Assembly (NCBI RefSeq): GCF_000196355.1
Contig: NC_007614.1
Coordinates: 2,730,001 to 2,762,000 of the forward strand
Source of the DNA: Nitrosospira multiformis ATCC 25196
GTDB taxonomy: Bacteria; Pseudomonadota; Gammaproteobacteria; Burkholderiales; Nitrosomonadaceae
Direction of reading: 5' to 3'
DNA length: 32,000 nucleotides
In this document: positions 17,964 to 27,021 of the stretch, piece by piece
Position numbering within the stretch: position 1 is the first letter of the stretch
How the letters are laid out: each line of letters begins with the position of its first letter
Made by a program: the position numbers and the translations under genes
The notes under the pieces: model-generated
What the model was told of the DNA's origin: nothing
Databases searched by the model: none
Seen by the model: only the letters and a program-made list of their open reading frames with translations

Positions 17964-18425
17964 TCAGGGTTCCTTATTCTCCAGCCGGTTATGAATGATC
18001 GATAAGAAACTGACGGGCTCGACCGGTTTTTCCATGATCAGAATCCATTCATCAGAGAGACCAGTGAAATAAGGTCGAATTTCCTCACCGAGCGAAGTCA
18101 TGAATATCAGGTGAAGCCCGGGGAAACGTTTGCGTATTTCCACATAGGCTTCCAGACCTATATCCATTGTTTCAACCATCACGTCGAGAATTGCCAGAGC
18201 GGGCGGATTGGGTGAATTCCATAACGACACCATGAAATCATTCATGGTCTGATAACTTTCGACTGCATACCCGCTTGCTTCCAGAATACGCCTGACGGTA
18301 TCCCGAATATCCGGATCATCATCGATATGTGCAATCCGTTGCGCCACTGTGCTTTCTTGATTTGCCGATCCCGGCATTTGGCCCGGGAGCTTTTCGGCGT
18401 CCTGTTGTTGGATAGACGCATGCAT
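17964..18425 (-). CDS. Receiver-only response regulator (CheY-like, no output domain)
   Basis: 'IAHIDDDPDIRDTVRRILEASGY', phospho-acceptor 'LAILDVMVE', 'LIFMTS', 'IMEKPVEP'. Short N-terminal extension and no DNA-binding domain. Start chosen as Met 18425 over the ORF-track start at 18443. Confidence 0.88.
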   Translation of the reverse strand: MHASIQQQDAEKLPGQMPGSANQESTVAQRIAHIDDDPDIRDTVRRILEASGYAVESYQTMNDFMVSLWNSPNPPALAILDVMVETMDIGLEAYVEIRKRFPGLHLIFMTSLGEEIRPYFTGLSDEWILIMEKPVEPVSFLSIIHNRLENKEP

Positions 18426-18632
18426 GGCACTTCCTCCAATCACGATTAAAATACTTGCAGATGCCCCACACTACTCAGTATAGAGTAAGACTGTGTGAAG
18501 AATGTTTCAGGGATGTGTTGAAATTTTGTGAGGGCGTGGTACCTGGTCGTCGAAGCATCCGGAGGATAAAGCCAGAAGACGTGGCCTGCAATTGCACTTG
18601 CTGTACTGGATGGATCATGAAAAGCAATCCAC

Positions 18633-19316
18633 TCAGGCCAGCACGCGCTGCAGCCAGTTGCGGATATCGTGTATCTCTTCCCTGCAGACGGTATGTGCCA
18701 TTCCGTACTCGCGCCATTCCACCGGATAGCCCGTTCCGAGCAATTGTTGGCGCGATGCAGCAGCCAGGGTTATAGGGATGACGTTGTCGCCCACCCCGTG
18801 CGCCATGAAGATTGGTATGCCGAAATTGGCAGAGTGTGCCTCTTCCGCAAGGGTCTGCGGCGCTGGCAGATAACATGAAAGCGCCATGATTCCCGCCAGT
18901 TTTTCCGGATAACGCAAACCGGCGAACAGCGCCAGGGCACCCCCCTGAGAGAAGCCTGCCAGAACGATATTCTCCGGCTTGACCCCTCGCTGCGTTTCAT
19001 GGTTCACCAAGGCTTCGACGGCCCGCTCCGATTCTCGCAGAGTTGCCATATTTTCCTGAAGTTTCGCGCCATCGACAATATCGTAGTCATACCAGGCGCG
19101 CATGACCATTCCCCGGTTGATGCTGACGGGTCTCGTGGGGGCATGGGGAAACACGAAGCGGACGGCCGGGATGGAAGGAAGCGCAAGCTCATCCACAACA
19201 GGTACGAAATCACTGCCATCGGCCCCCAGGCCATGCATCCAGATGATCGTACGGGTGGGATGAGCGGCCGTTTCCAGCTCGATGGAAGGAAGCAGATCGG
19301 GGGAACCGGAGATCAT
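18633..19316 (-). CDS. Alpha/beta hydrolase, carboxylesterase/phospholipase family
   Basis: 'TIIWMHGLGADGSDFVPVVDEL', nucleophile elbow 'LAGFSQGGALAL', 'PIFMAHGVGDNVIP' and a terminal His region. Confidence 0.92.
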   Translation of the reverse strand: MISGSPDLLPSIELETAAHPTRTIIWMHGLGADGSDFVPVVDELALPSIPAVRFVFPHAPTRPVSINRGMVMRAWYDYDIVDGAKLQENMATLRESERAVEALVNHETQRGVKPENIVLAGFSQGGALALFAGLRYPEKLAGIMALSCYLPAPQTLAEEAHSANFGIPIFMAHGVGDNVIPITLAAASRQQLLGTGYPVEWREYGMAHTVCREEIHDIRNWLQRVLA

Positions 19317-19414
19317 AAGAGAAAATGAAGATCGACCCGTTGACTTGAATGAAACACGGGATTAGATTCGTACTTTTCGATTCTGATGTGTAAGGTCATG
19401 GGAGGGAGAGTACT

Positions 19415-20524
19415 ATGAAACGCAGGGATTTTATCAAACTGGCGGGGGTAAGCGCCGCATTATTTCCCGTGGCGCCCTCAGTATTCGGCCAGCAGTCTGG
19501 TCAACCGGTTATTCCGCCGCGACGCTACACTTATCGTGTAACTTATAACATCGATCTTCCGGGGGATGGAAAAAAAGCACGTTTGTGGCTACCGCTGCCG
19601 GATACGGAGGATTCTCCCCACCAGTTTTCCCAGGGAAGTGTCTGGAGCGGGACCGCAAGCACGGCCAGATTCGAGAACGTTCCTGGAACAACCTCACCCA
19701 TGTTTTACGCTGAATGGAACCGTAGCGGCCCCCGCAGCGTAACGGTGAGCAGCGTGATCAAAACATCGGACCGCGCTGTCAACCTGGAGCGCTACAGGGA
19801 GGGTAATTCGAGCACCCTTCCCGCGGATGTGAAACGTTATCTGCAGCCCACCAAATTTATCCCGTTGGATGGCATCGTCCGCAAAACTGCGCTATCCATT
19901 ACCAAGGAGGCCAAAGCCCAATCGCAGCTGCAGAAAGCGCGCGCGATATATGATTGGGTAGTCGAAAATTCCTATCGCGACCCGTCCACGCGCGGCTGTG
20001 GACGGGGTAATATCAAAGCCATGCTGGAAACCGGTCATCTTGGCGGTAAATGCGCCGATCTGAACGCATTGTTTGTAGGACTGGCGCGCGCGGCGGGCAT
20101 TCCGGCCAGGGACAACTATGGAATCCGCATTGACGAGTCTGCGGCGCATAAAACGCTTGGCCAAGCCGACGATATCACCACTGCCCAGCACTGCCGCCCT
20201 GAATTTTACCTGACCGGCCTTGGCTGGGTCCCTGTTGATCCCGCGGATGTGCGGCAACTGGCACTGGATGAAGAACTTCCCATTGAGCACCCACGAGTGA
20301 TCGAGCTACGTGAAAAACTTTTTGGTTCATGGGAAATGAACTGGGTGGCATTCAACCACGGCAGGGATATCAGGCTGGCGCGAGACAGCGTCCTGGGTGA
20401 ACTGCCATTTTTCATGTACCCTCAGGCCGAAGTAGCGGGACACGAGCGGGACAGCCTTGAACCGGCGGAGTTTGCTTACAAGATAACCTCAGCCCGGCTG
20501 GTGGGTACGGGGATCAAGTTTTAG
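19415..20524 (+). CDS. Transglutaminase-like domain protein with Tat-type signal peptide
   Basis: 'MKRRDFIKLAGVSAALFPVAPSVFG' twin-arginine-like leader. Catalytic 'GGKCADLNALFVGLARAAGIPARDNYG' (Cys) with downstream 'CRPEFYLTGLGWVPVDPADV'. Confidence 0.88.
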   Translation: MKRRDFIKLAGVSAALFPVAPSVFGQQSGQPVIPPRRYTYRVTYNIDLPGDGKKARLWLPLPDTEDSPHQFSQGSVWSGTASTARFENVPGTTSPMFYAEWNRSGPRSVTVSSVIKTSDRAVNLERYREGNSSTLPADVKRYLQPTKFIPLDGIVRKTALSITKEAKAQSQLQKARAIYDWVVENSYRDPSTRGCGRGNIKAMLETGHLGGKCADLNALFVGLARAAGIPARDNYGIRIDESAAHKTLGQADDITTAQHCRPEFYLTGLGWVPVDPADVRQLALDEELPIEHPRVIELREKLFGSWEMNWVAFNHGRDIRLARDSVLGELPFFMYPQAEVAGHERDSLEPAEFAYKITSARLVGTGIKF

Positions 20525-20574
20525 GCTCTGGTTCCAAAATATCTGTCGCACCTCCTCGAAAGGTGTACCTGCGG

Positions 20575-21135
20575 TCAGTCGATTCCCTCGCCAGGTCTTT
20601 CGCCTGTAGCAGCAGGAATGATCTTCTGCAATTCCTGAAATAATGCGCGAAAGCTTTTTGGGGGCTTATTCGCGAGCTTCTCCTTAACAGCATTGCGCGC
20701 GAGTGCGCGCAACCGCTGCAGATCTGCATCGGGGTATTTCTGCCCCAGTTCGCTGAGGGCTTGCATCTGCTGATCCGCCATCAAGCGCTCGCGCCAGCGT
20801 TCCAACTGATGCAGGCGCGCTGTACTTTCAGCGCTTGAATTTCCCCATAGATCGAGTTTCTTTCGAATAGGTTCTGCATCGACATCACGCATCAGTTTGC
20901 CGATAAGCTGCATTTGCCGGCGCAAAGCGCCATGCTTGCTCATGCGCTTTGCTTCCAGTACCGCCTCCATCAAGGTGTCCGGGAGGCCGAGTTCGATCAG
21001 ACGCCTTGAATCCAGTCGAACGAGCGACTCTCCTATATTCTGGAGCGCGTGCATTTCTTTCTTGCGTTTGGTCTTGCTCGGCCGCGCTTCCCGTTCGGAA
21101 TTATCTGCCAGATTCTCTTCCAAGACGCTTCCCAA
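20575..21135 (-). CDS. darP: Ribosome biogenesis factor DarP/YjgA (DUF615)
   Basis: 'PSKTKRKKEMHALQNIGESLVRL...LPDTLMEAVLEAKRMSKHGALRRQMQLIGKLMRDVDAEPI'. Divergent to pmbA, a common gene arrangement. Confidence 0.92.
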   Translation of the reverse strand: MGSVLEENLADNSEREARPSKTKRKKEMHALQNIGESLVRLDSRRLIELGLPDTLMEAVLEAKRMSKHGALRRQMQLIGKLMRDVDAEPIRKKLDLWGNSSAESTARLHQLERWRERLMADQQMQALSELGQKYPDADLQRLRALARNAVKEKLANKPPKSFRALFQELQKIIPAATGERPGEGID

Positions 21136-21283
21136 ATTAATAAACTTAATAAACTGCTATCATACGTCACTGACACACCCTCTGACTCCTCGCGGGCTGC
21201 TCCCCGGTCCTGTGGGCAAGTTGCAGTGCCGGACAGCTACTCAATATAATCCTACAATCCCTGAATTCCCTGAAGTCACGCCT

Positions 21284-22642
21284 ATGAATGATAACGCCCT
21301 GCCTTCACAACGTTTTTCCTATTCGTTTTCAGTGCTTCAGCAAATCGCGCAGGATGTCCTGAATCACGCGCGCAAAGGGGGCGCAAGCGCCTGCGAAACC
21401 GATGTTTCAGATGGTTTTGGCCAGAATGTCACGGTGCGGCGGGGGCAGGTGGAAACGATAGAGTACAACCGCGACAAGGGATTGTCAGTAACAGTTTATG
21501 TGGGGCAAAAGCGCGGGCATGCCAGCACTTCGGATTTTTCGCCACAGGCGATAAGCGATACGGTTACGGCGGCGCTTTCGATTGCCCGCCATACCGCCGC
21601 CGATGACTGCGCAGGTCTGGCGGATCCCGACTTGCTGGCACGCGAATTTCCCGATCTCGAATTATATTTTCCCTGGGACTTGCCGGTGGAGCAGGCAATA
21701 GAATTGGCGCAAGCCTGCGAAGCAGCCGCATTTGCAGTCGATAAGCGCATTACCAATTCCGAAGGAGCCAGTGTCTCGCTGGGCGAATCGCAGTTTGTCT
21801 ATGCAAACAGTCTGGGATTCATGGGAGGCTATCCTTCCTCCCGCCACAGTATCAGCTGTGCGATGATTGCTAGCCACGAGGACAGCATGCAGCGTGACTA
21901 CTGGTACAGCGTGGCGCGCGATGCTTCCGACCTGGAGCATGCCGCTGCGGTGGGGAAGAAAGCCGGAACACGGAGTGTCGGGCGTCTGGGTGCGAGAAAA
22001 ATCGCTACCTGCGAAGTTCCCGTTCTGTTCGAGGCGCCCATTGCCTCCAGCCTGATCGGGCATTTCGTCGGGGCAGTGAGCGGAGGCAGTCTTTACCGCA
22101 AATCCTCATTTCTCCTCGACAGTATCGGCAAGCAGATATTTGCGCCGGGCATCCAGATACGCGAACGGCCGCATCTGAAAAAAGGCCTGGGCAGCGGGCC
22201 TTTCGATAATGAAGGGGTAGCGACCCGGGACCGTAACATCGTGGAAAATGGGGTGGTACAAGGCTACTTTCTCGGCAGTTACTCCGCCCGCAAACTAGGG
22301 CTTGTCACAACCGGAAATGCCGGTGGCAATCATAACCTGGTCCTGGACAATGGCGCCGGCCTGACTTTTGCCGAACTGCTCAGGAAAATGGGTAAAGGCG
22401 TGCTCGTGACCGAGTTGCTCGGCCACGGCGTAAACAATGTCACCGGTGATTACTCCAGGGGGGCGGCGGGATACTGGGTCGAAGACGGAGAAATCCGTTA
22501 TCCGGTTGAAGAAATAACGATTGCCGGAAATCTGAAAGACATGTTGCCTGGCATTTCCGCTGCGGGGAATGATGTCATCGTGCGTGGTTCCAAGCAATGC
22601 GGTTCATTGCTCATTGATCGAATGATGATTGCGGGCGGCTAG
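21284..22642 (+). CDS. pmbA: Metalloprotease PmbA/TldE family protein
   Basis: 'VTVRRGQVETIEYNRDKGLSVTVYVGQKRGHASTSDFS', 'GVATRDRNIVENGVVQGYFLGSYSARKLGLVTTGNAGG', 'VTELLGHGVNNVTGDYSRGAAGYWVEDGEIRYPVEEITIAGNLKDM'. ATG at 21284; the 20897 upstream extension is not supported. Confidence 0.95.
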   Translation: MNDNALPSQRFSYSFSVLQQIAQDVLNHARKGGASACETDVSDGFGQNVTVRRGQVETIEYNRDKGLSVTVYVGQKRGHASTSDFSPQAISDTVTAALSIARHTAADDCAGLADPDLLAREFPDLELYFPWDLPVEQAIELAQACEAAAFAVDKRITNSEGASVSLGESQFVYANSLGFMGGYPSSRHSISCAMIASHEDSMQRDYWYSVARDASDLEHAAAVGKKAGTRSVGRLGARKIATCEVPVLFEAPIASSLIGHFVGAVSGGSLYRKSSFLLDSIGKQIFAPGIQIRERPHLKKGLGSGPFDNEGVATRDRNIVENGVVQGYFLGSYSARKLGLVTTGNAGGNHNLVLDNGAGLTFAELLRKMGKGVLVTELLGHGVNNVTGDYSRGAAGYWVEDGEIRYPVEEITIAGNLKDMLPGISAAGNDVIVRGSKQCGSLLIDRMMIAGG

Positions 22643-22820
22643 GCGTTCCGGTCGAACGTGGAACTCCTTGATTTCGCCTTTCCTCCCTATCTCGGTCGGA
22701 TACCGCCGCGTCTTTTTCTCGCCTTTCCATTTGCCGTTTCTGGGCTGTTTCGGTTCTATTTCTGCCACGCTTTCCACACGTTTGATATTATCCGCCTAAG
22801 TTGCCCTGAATGCCTGAATA

Positions 22821-23867
22821 ATGAATCTGCACTTGCTGGTACCGGCGCTCTTCTGGCCAGACCCGGCGCTTCCTGAAATCTACCGTGATCTACCCCTGCC
22901 CGGCCTGGAGAATCTGCTGGCAAAATGTTCCGTCACGAAAGATAAATCGGAGGGGATAGAGGCGTGGCTTTGCCGCGCTTTCGGCGCCGCGAAGCAGCAG
23001 GATTGGCCGGTTGCGCCCATTACCCTGCAAACCGATCGCGCAGAGGACGGAGAGGCGGCAACAACGGAAAACAATCGCTGGCTCCGTGCCGACCCGGTAC
23101 ATTTACGCCTTGAGCGCGACCATATCCTTTTGGCCGACAGCCATGTTTTTCGCATTTCATCGGAAGAAGCCAAGCAGTTCACCGACCTGCTGAACCGCCA
23201 TTTTGCCGGAAATCAGGGGATAAGCTTCTCCCCCCTAAGACCGGACCGCTGGTATCTCCGCCTGCTGGAACCGCCCTTGCCCCATACCCATTTACTTAGT
23301 GAAGTTGTAAACCGGGATATCCGGAACAAGCTGCCCTTCGGTGCGAACAACACCTTCTGGCGCAGTCTGACCAATGAAATTCAGATGTTGCTGCACGAAC
23401 ATCCTCTGAATCAGATGCGCGAGGCGCGTGGAGAGCTTGCGATCAACAGCGTCTGGTTCTGGGGAGGGGGGACGCTGCCTGAATCCCTTGTTTCGCCCTA
23501 TACGAATGTCTGGAGCAACGACGTTCTGGCAGTTTCGCTGGCCTCGGCATGTAATATCGATCACGCTCCGCTTCCCGTCGACGCAACGATGTGGGAGACC
23601 TCTGCCAGGACCGGCAGGCATCTGGTGGTGCTGGATGAATTACAGGGAAGAGCCCAATATCGGGACGCGTACGGCTGGCGCGAAAGCATCAAAGAAATGG
23701 AGCGACGCTGGTTTGACCCCCTATGGAGGATGTTCAGGCGCGGACACTTCGATGAAATAACGTTCACGGCGCCAGATGAAAGCAGCAGCAAAAGCTTCAC
23801 TGCGACACGAAGCGATTCGCGGAAATTCTGGCGCAGGCCCAAGCCTATCCTGATTTATGGAAAGTGA
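22821..23867 (+). CDS. Conserved hypothetical, phosphoglycerate mutase-like (cofactor-independent PGM-related) protein
   Basis: 348-aa ORF with coherent composition. 'LRADPVHLRLERDHILLADS' and 'INSVWFWGGGTLP' resemble a betaproteobacterial family annotated as PGM-like. Confidence 0.7.
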   Translation: MNLHLLVPALFWPDPALPEIYRDLPLPGLENLLAKCSVTKDKSEGIEAWLCRAFGAAKQQDWPVAPITLQTDRAEDGEAATTENNRWLRADPVHLRLERDHILLADSHVFRISSEEAKQFTDLLNRHFAGNQGISFSPLRPDRWYLRLLEPPLPHTHLLSEVVNRDIRNKLPFGANNTFWRSLTNEIQMLLHEHPLNQMREARGELAINSVWFWGGGTLPESLVSPYTNVWSNDVLAVSLASACNIDHAPLPVDATMWETSARTGRHLVVLDELQGRAQYRDAYGWRESIKEMERRWFDPLWRMFRRGHFDEITFTAPDESSSKSFTATRSDSRKFWRRPKPILIYGK

Positions 23868-24299
23868 CAGGGGAATGCTCCGAAATGCGCCTCTTTTTGC
23901 CGTCTTTTCCTCCTTTCGAAAAAGCCGATATTACACATAATGTCTCCACCTGCCTGTAAAATAAAATACCGATTTTCTGCCACAATACTCCTGAAAGTTC
24001 CTGAAAGAATTCTCGCCCTGCTGGCGGGGATTCAACGCGCAAGCGTTCAGCATAGATAGTTGTCATAGTTCGGAAACGAGACTCACCTTATACTATTACT
24101 ATTATTGTCGAGTCAGGATACGTTAAGATGATTTACGCTATGGGGAAGCATTTCCTCCGGCCCCGGTTCCATTTGCCATCAAGCGAGAAAGAGCGGGAAT
24201 AATGGCGGATGGAAGCGTTGACATTTCCGGTAGCGGGAATGCCAGGAGCGGGAATCAGCGGGAACGATTGGTAAAGGGTTCACATACAATATCTCGGTC

Positions 24300-24318
24300 C
24301 ATAATGCGGCGTATTATG
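24300..24318. promoter_or_regulatory. 19-nt near-perfect palindrome (candidate lux-box-like operator)
   Basis: CATAATGCGGCGTATTATG: 8 of 9 symmetric positions pair around a central G. It is 11 nt upstream of the luxR-type ATG. Confidence 0.4.
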
Positions 24319-24329
24319 AGAGGGAAATC

Positions 24330-25064
24330 ATGGATAACTTGACCTTATTCGAATCATTGCTGAATTGCGATTCGGTGGAGGAATTGCACAGCGCTACCAC
24401 AACCATTGCCCGCGCAATGGGATTCGAGCATTTTCTGTATGGTGTTCAGGTGAACACTTCTCTCACCCGTCCTTATCGCTTCATCCTCAGTTGTTATCCG
24501 GAGGAATGGCGTAAACATTACGACAAGGAAGGTTATGCCAATTTCGATCCTACGGTTTCGCATTGCGCCAGAACGTCCATTCCGATCATATGGAAGAAAG
24601 AGATTTTCAAGGGACGCAGGGAGACGCGCGTAAGAAACGAGGCCAAGGATTGTGGGCTGGTCAGCGGAGCGAGTTTTTCGGTTCATGGCGGACGCGGCGA
24701 AGCCGCCATGTTGAGTCTGGCTACTTCAAGGGAGTCGCGTGAGGCGCAGAATGACATTCTCGCGACAATGGCTAAAGCCCAGTTATTAACCTGCTATCTG
24801 CATGAGGCGGTGCAGCGCATTGTTCTCAGTAAAGGCCCGCTACCTGTGAAGAAGGCCAACCTGACGGAAAGGGAACAAGAATGTCTGCTATGGGCCGCCG
24901 AGGGCAAGACCGGGTGGGAAATCGCCAACATCGTCAAGATTTCGGAGCGGACAGTAACTTTTCACCTGCAGAATGCCATCCAGAAACTGGGGGTGGTCAA
25001 TCGCCAGCAAGCCATATCGCGTGCCCTTTCCATGGGCCTGATCGAGCCCCGTACGATTCGCTAG
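24330..25064 (+). CDS. LuxR-family transcriptional regulator with acyl-homoserine-lactone-binding domain (no luxI in window)
   Basis: N-domain 'YPEEWRKHYDKEGYANFDPTV...IPIIWKKEIF...GLVSGASF' keeps the W/Y/D/P/W/G residues of LuxR-type AHL pockets. HTH: 'LTEREQECLLWAAEGKTGWEIANIVKISERTVTFHLQNAIQKLGVVNRQQAISRA'. Confidence 0.93.
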   Translation: MDNLTLFESLLNCDSVEELHSATTTIARAMGFEHFLYGVQVNTSLTRPYRFILSCYPEEWRKHYDKEGYANFDPTVSHCARTSIPIIWKKEIFKGRRETRVRNEAKDCGLVSGASFSVHGGRGEAAMLSLATSRESREAQNDILATMAKAQLLTCYLHEAVQRIVLSKGPLPVKKANLTEREQECLLWAAEGKTGWEIANIVKISERTVTFHLQNAIQKLGVVNRQQAISRALSMGLIEPRTIR

Positions 25065-25155
25065 CGCGCGTAGCTGCCTGACACTGCCTTACCAGTCAGC
25101 CTTCCCCTTCTCATTCGAAGATGAATGATCCGCGGAGAGCTGTAATAGGCGCTTC

Positions 25156-25989
25156 TCATGGCTCGTTTGCCGAGACGCGAATGGAAGCTTCCGACCCTGC
25201 GCTTCTTTCCTTTTCCTGTACGCTCCCGCCAAGCTCCACTATCACGGGCGCATGGTCGGACGGCCTCTCCAGTCTGCGGGTAGCCTTATCTATGACACAA
25301 GCCGTGCACATGCCCGCAAGCTCACGGCTCAGCAGAATGTGGTCTATCCGCAAGCCCATGTTGCGGCGAAAAGCCATCATTCGATAATCCCACCAGGTAA
25401 ACGATTTCTCAGGCTGATCGAACAGACGAAAGCTGTCAATAAAGCCAAGATCGAGCACTTCACGAAAGGCCGCGCGCTCCAGCTCGCTGAACAGGACTTT
25501 TCCTTCCCATAACTTGCTGTCGTGCACATCGCAGTCTTCCGGGGCGATATTGAAGTCTCCCAGCACCACCAGCTTCCGGTGCCTGCTCAACATCTCGCGC
25601 AGCCATTCCCGCAACGCTGCAAGCCACCTCAACTTGTACTGATACTTCTCGGATGTAACATGCTCCCCATTGGGAACATAAATGCAAACGACGCAAACGT
25701 CGTCATGAACTCCCCCGAGAAGACGTTTTTGCGGATCCTCGAAGCCCGGCATGCCGGTAAAGACTTCGCTCACCGGCTGCCTGCTGAGCAGCGCGACGCC
25801 ATTGTATGTTTTCTGGCCGGAATAGATCGTCTGATAACCCGCAGCCGCAATCTCGCTTACGGGGAAATGCTCATCTTGCAGCTTGGTCTCCTGGAGACAC
25901 AACACGTCCGGCTGATTCAATGTCAGCCATTCCAGAACCTGCGGAAGGCGAACTTTAAGAGAATTTACGTTCCAGGTGGCTATCTTCAT
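25156..25989 (-). CDS. xthA: Exodeoxyribonuclease III
   Basis: 'MKIATWNVNSLKVRLPQVLEWL', 'PDVLCLQETKLQDEHFP', 'VVLGDFNIAPEDCDVHD', 'GLRIDHILLS', 'PSDHAPVIVEL'. Confidence 0.95.
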   Translation of the reverse strand: MKIATWNVNSLKVRLPQVLEWLTLNQPDVLCLQETKLQDEHFPVSEIAAAGYQTIYSGQKTYNGVALLSRQPVSEVFTGMPGFEDPQKRLLGGVHDDVCVVCIYVPNGEHVTSEKYQYKLRWLAALREWLREMLSRHRKLVVLGDFNIAPEDCDVHDSKLWEGKVLFSELERAAFREVLDLGFIDSFRLFDQPEKSFTWWDYRMMAFRRNMGLRIDHILLSRELAGMCTACVIDKATRRLERPSDHAPVIVELGGSVQEKERSAGSEASIRVSANEP

Positions 25990-26251
25990 GTTTTTTGCTC
26001 TGCTGCCGCTTGGGCTGAAGTATATCCATTATTCAAAATACTGAACAGTTATCAATTCGCCTTGTGATATCATGAAAACGTATTGCAACGCGGGTTCAAC
26101 GTTTCGGTATCGATTTCTGACGTGAATTCCGACCCTGTATCCGGATTTTCCGGCACTCGCAGCGCACTTCAGCTGGGGTTCGCTGACAGTGAGATGGGAC
26201 CGATATGTGGCTTATACATATCCCTCTCGATAGAATAAAGGCGTGGTGAAC

Positions 26252-26827
26252 ATGGATTCAAATGATTCAGAATTCGGAATCGGCGATTGGCAGCGACTGT
26301 TGCGCTCTCTCGGCGAAGACCCCAGCCGCCAGGGCCTGCGCGAAACGCCGGAGCGCGTGACACGCGCGTGGGCTCACTGGACGCGCGGGTACAAGCAGGA
26401 TCCGGCAGCGATCCTCAAGACGTTCGCGGACGGCGGCGAAAGCTACGACGAATTGATCGTAGTGAGACAGATACCCGTTTACTCGCACTGCGAACACCAC
26501 CTGGCTCCCTTTTTTGGCCACGCAACCATCGGGTATCTCCCCACGGGTCATATCGTCGGGTTGTCCAAACTGACGCGACTGGTTAACTGTTTTGCAGCTC
26601 GCCTGCAGGTACAGGAACGCCTGACTCAGCAGGTGGCACAATCCCTGCTGGAGCACCTGCAACCGAAGGCGGTCGGCGTCATTCTCCGCTGCCGCCACAT
26701 GTGCATGGAATCGAGGGGAATTGCCGTTGCCGGGGAAGAAACGGTAACGTCGGCCATGCTGGGCGACCTGAAAACGAATGCAGCGCAGCGTGCCGAGTTC
26801 CTGGCATTGGCCGAGTCGCACGAGTAA
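26252..26827 (+). CDS. folE: GTP cyclohydrolase I
   Basis: 'GLRETPERVTRAW', 'IPVYSHCEHHLAPFFGHATIGYLP', 'VGLSKLTRLVNCFAARLQVQERLTQQVA', 'RHMCMESRGI'. ORF-track start is GTG 26243; ATG 26252 is preferred. Confidence 0.95.
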   Translation: MDSNDSEFGIGDWQRLLRSLGEDPSRQGLRETPERVTRAWAHWTRGYKQDPAAILKTFADGGESYDELIVVRQIPVYSHCEHHLAPFFGHATIGYLPTGHIVGLSKLTRLVNCFAARLQVQERLTQQVAQSLLEHLQPKAVGVILRCRHMCMESRGIAVAGEETVTSAMLGDLKTNAAQRAEFLALAESHE

Positions 26828-27021
26828 TCCAAGGAGTCGCTGAACACTTTTTCCGAAAAAAACACTCCGCTTCCCAGGTGTTGATTGGCATACTGGGATT
26901 CCCAGGGAGCGCCGCTCCAATACCCTGTCGGATATTCCGACGCAGTCACATTCCCTTCATTTTATTTTGTTATAAGCAGTCTGCATGATCCTCATGCCCC
27001 TTAACCGGAGTCCCGAAGCCT

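Noticed and set aside
20897-21283. N-terminal extension of the PmbA ORF
   Set aside because: Overlaps darP on the other strand and the divergent promoter region. PmbA similarity starts at ATG 21284.
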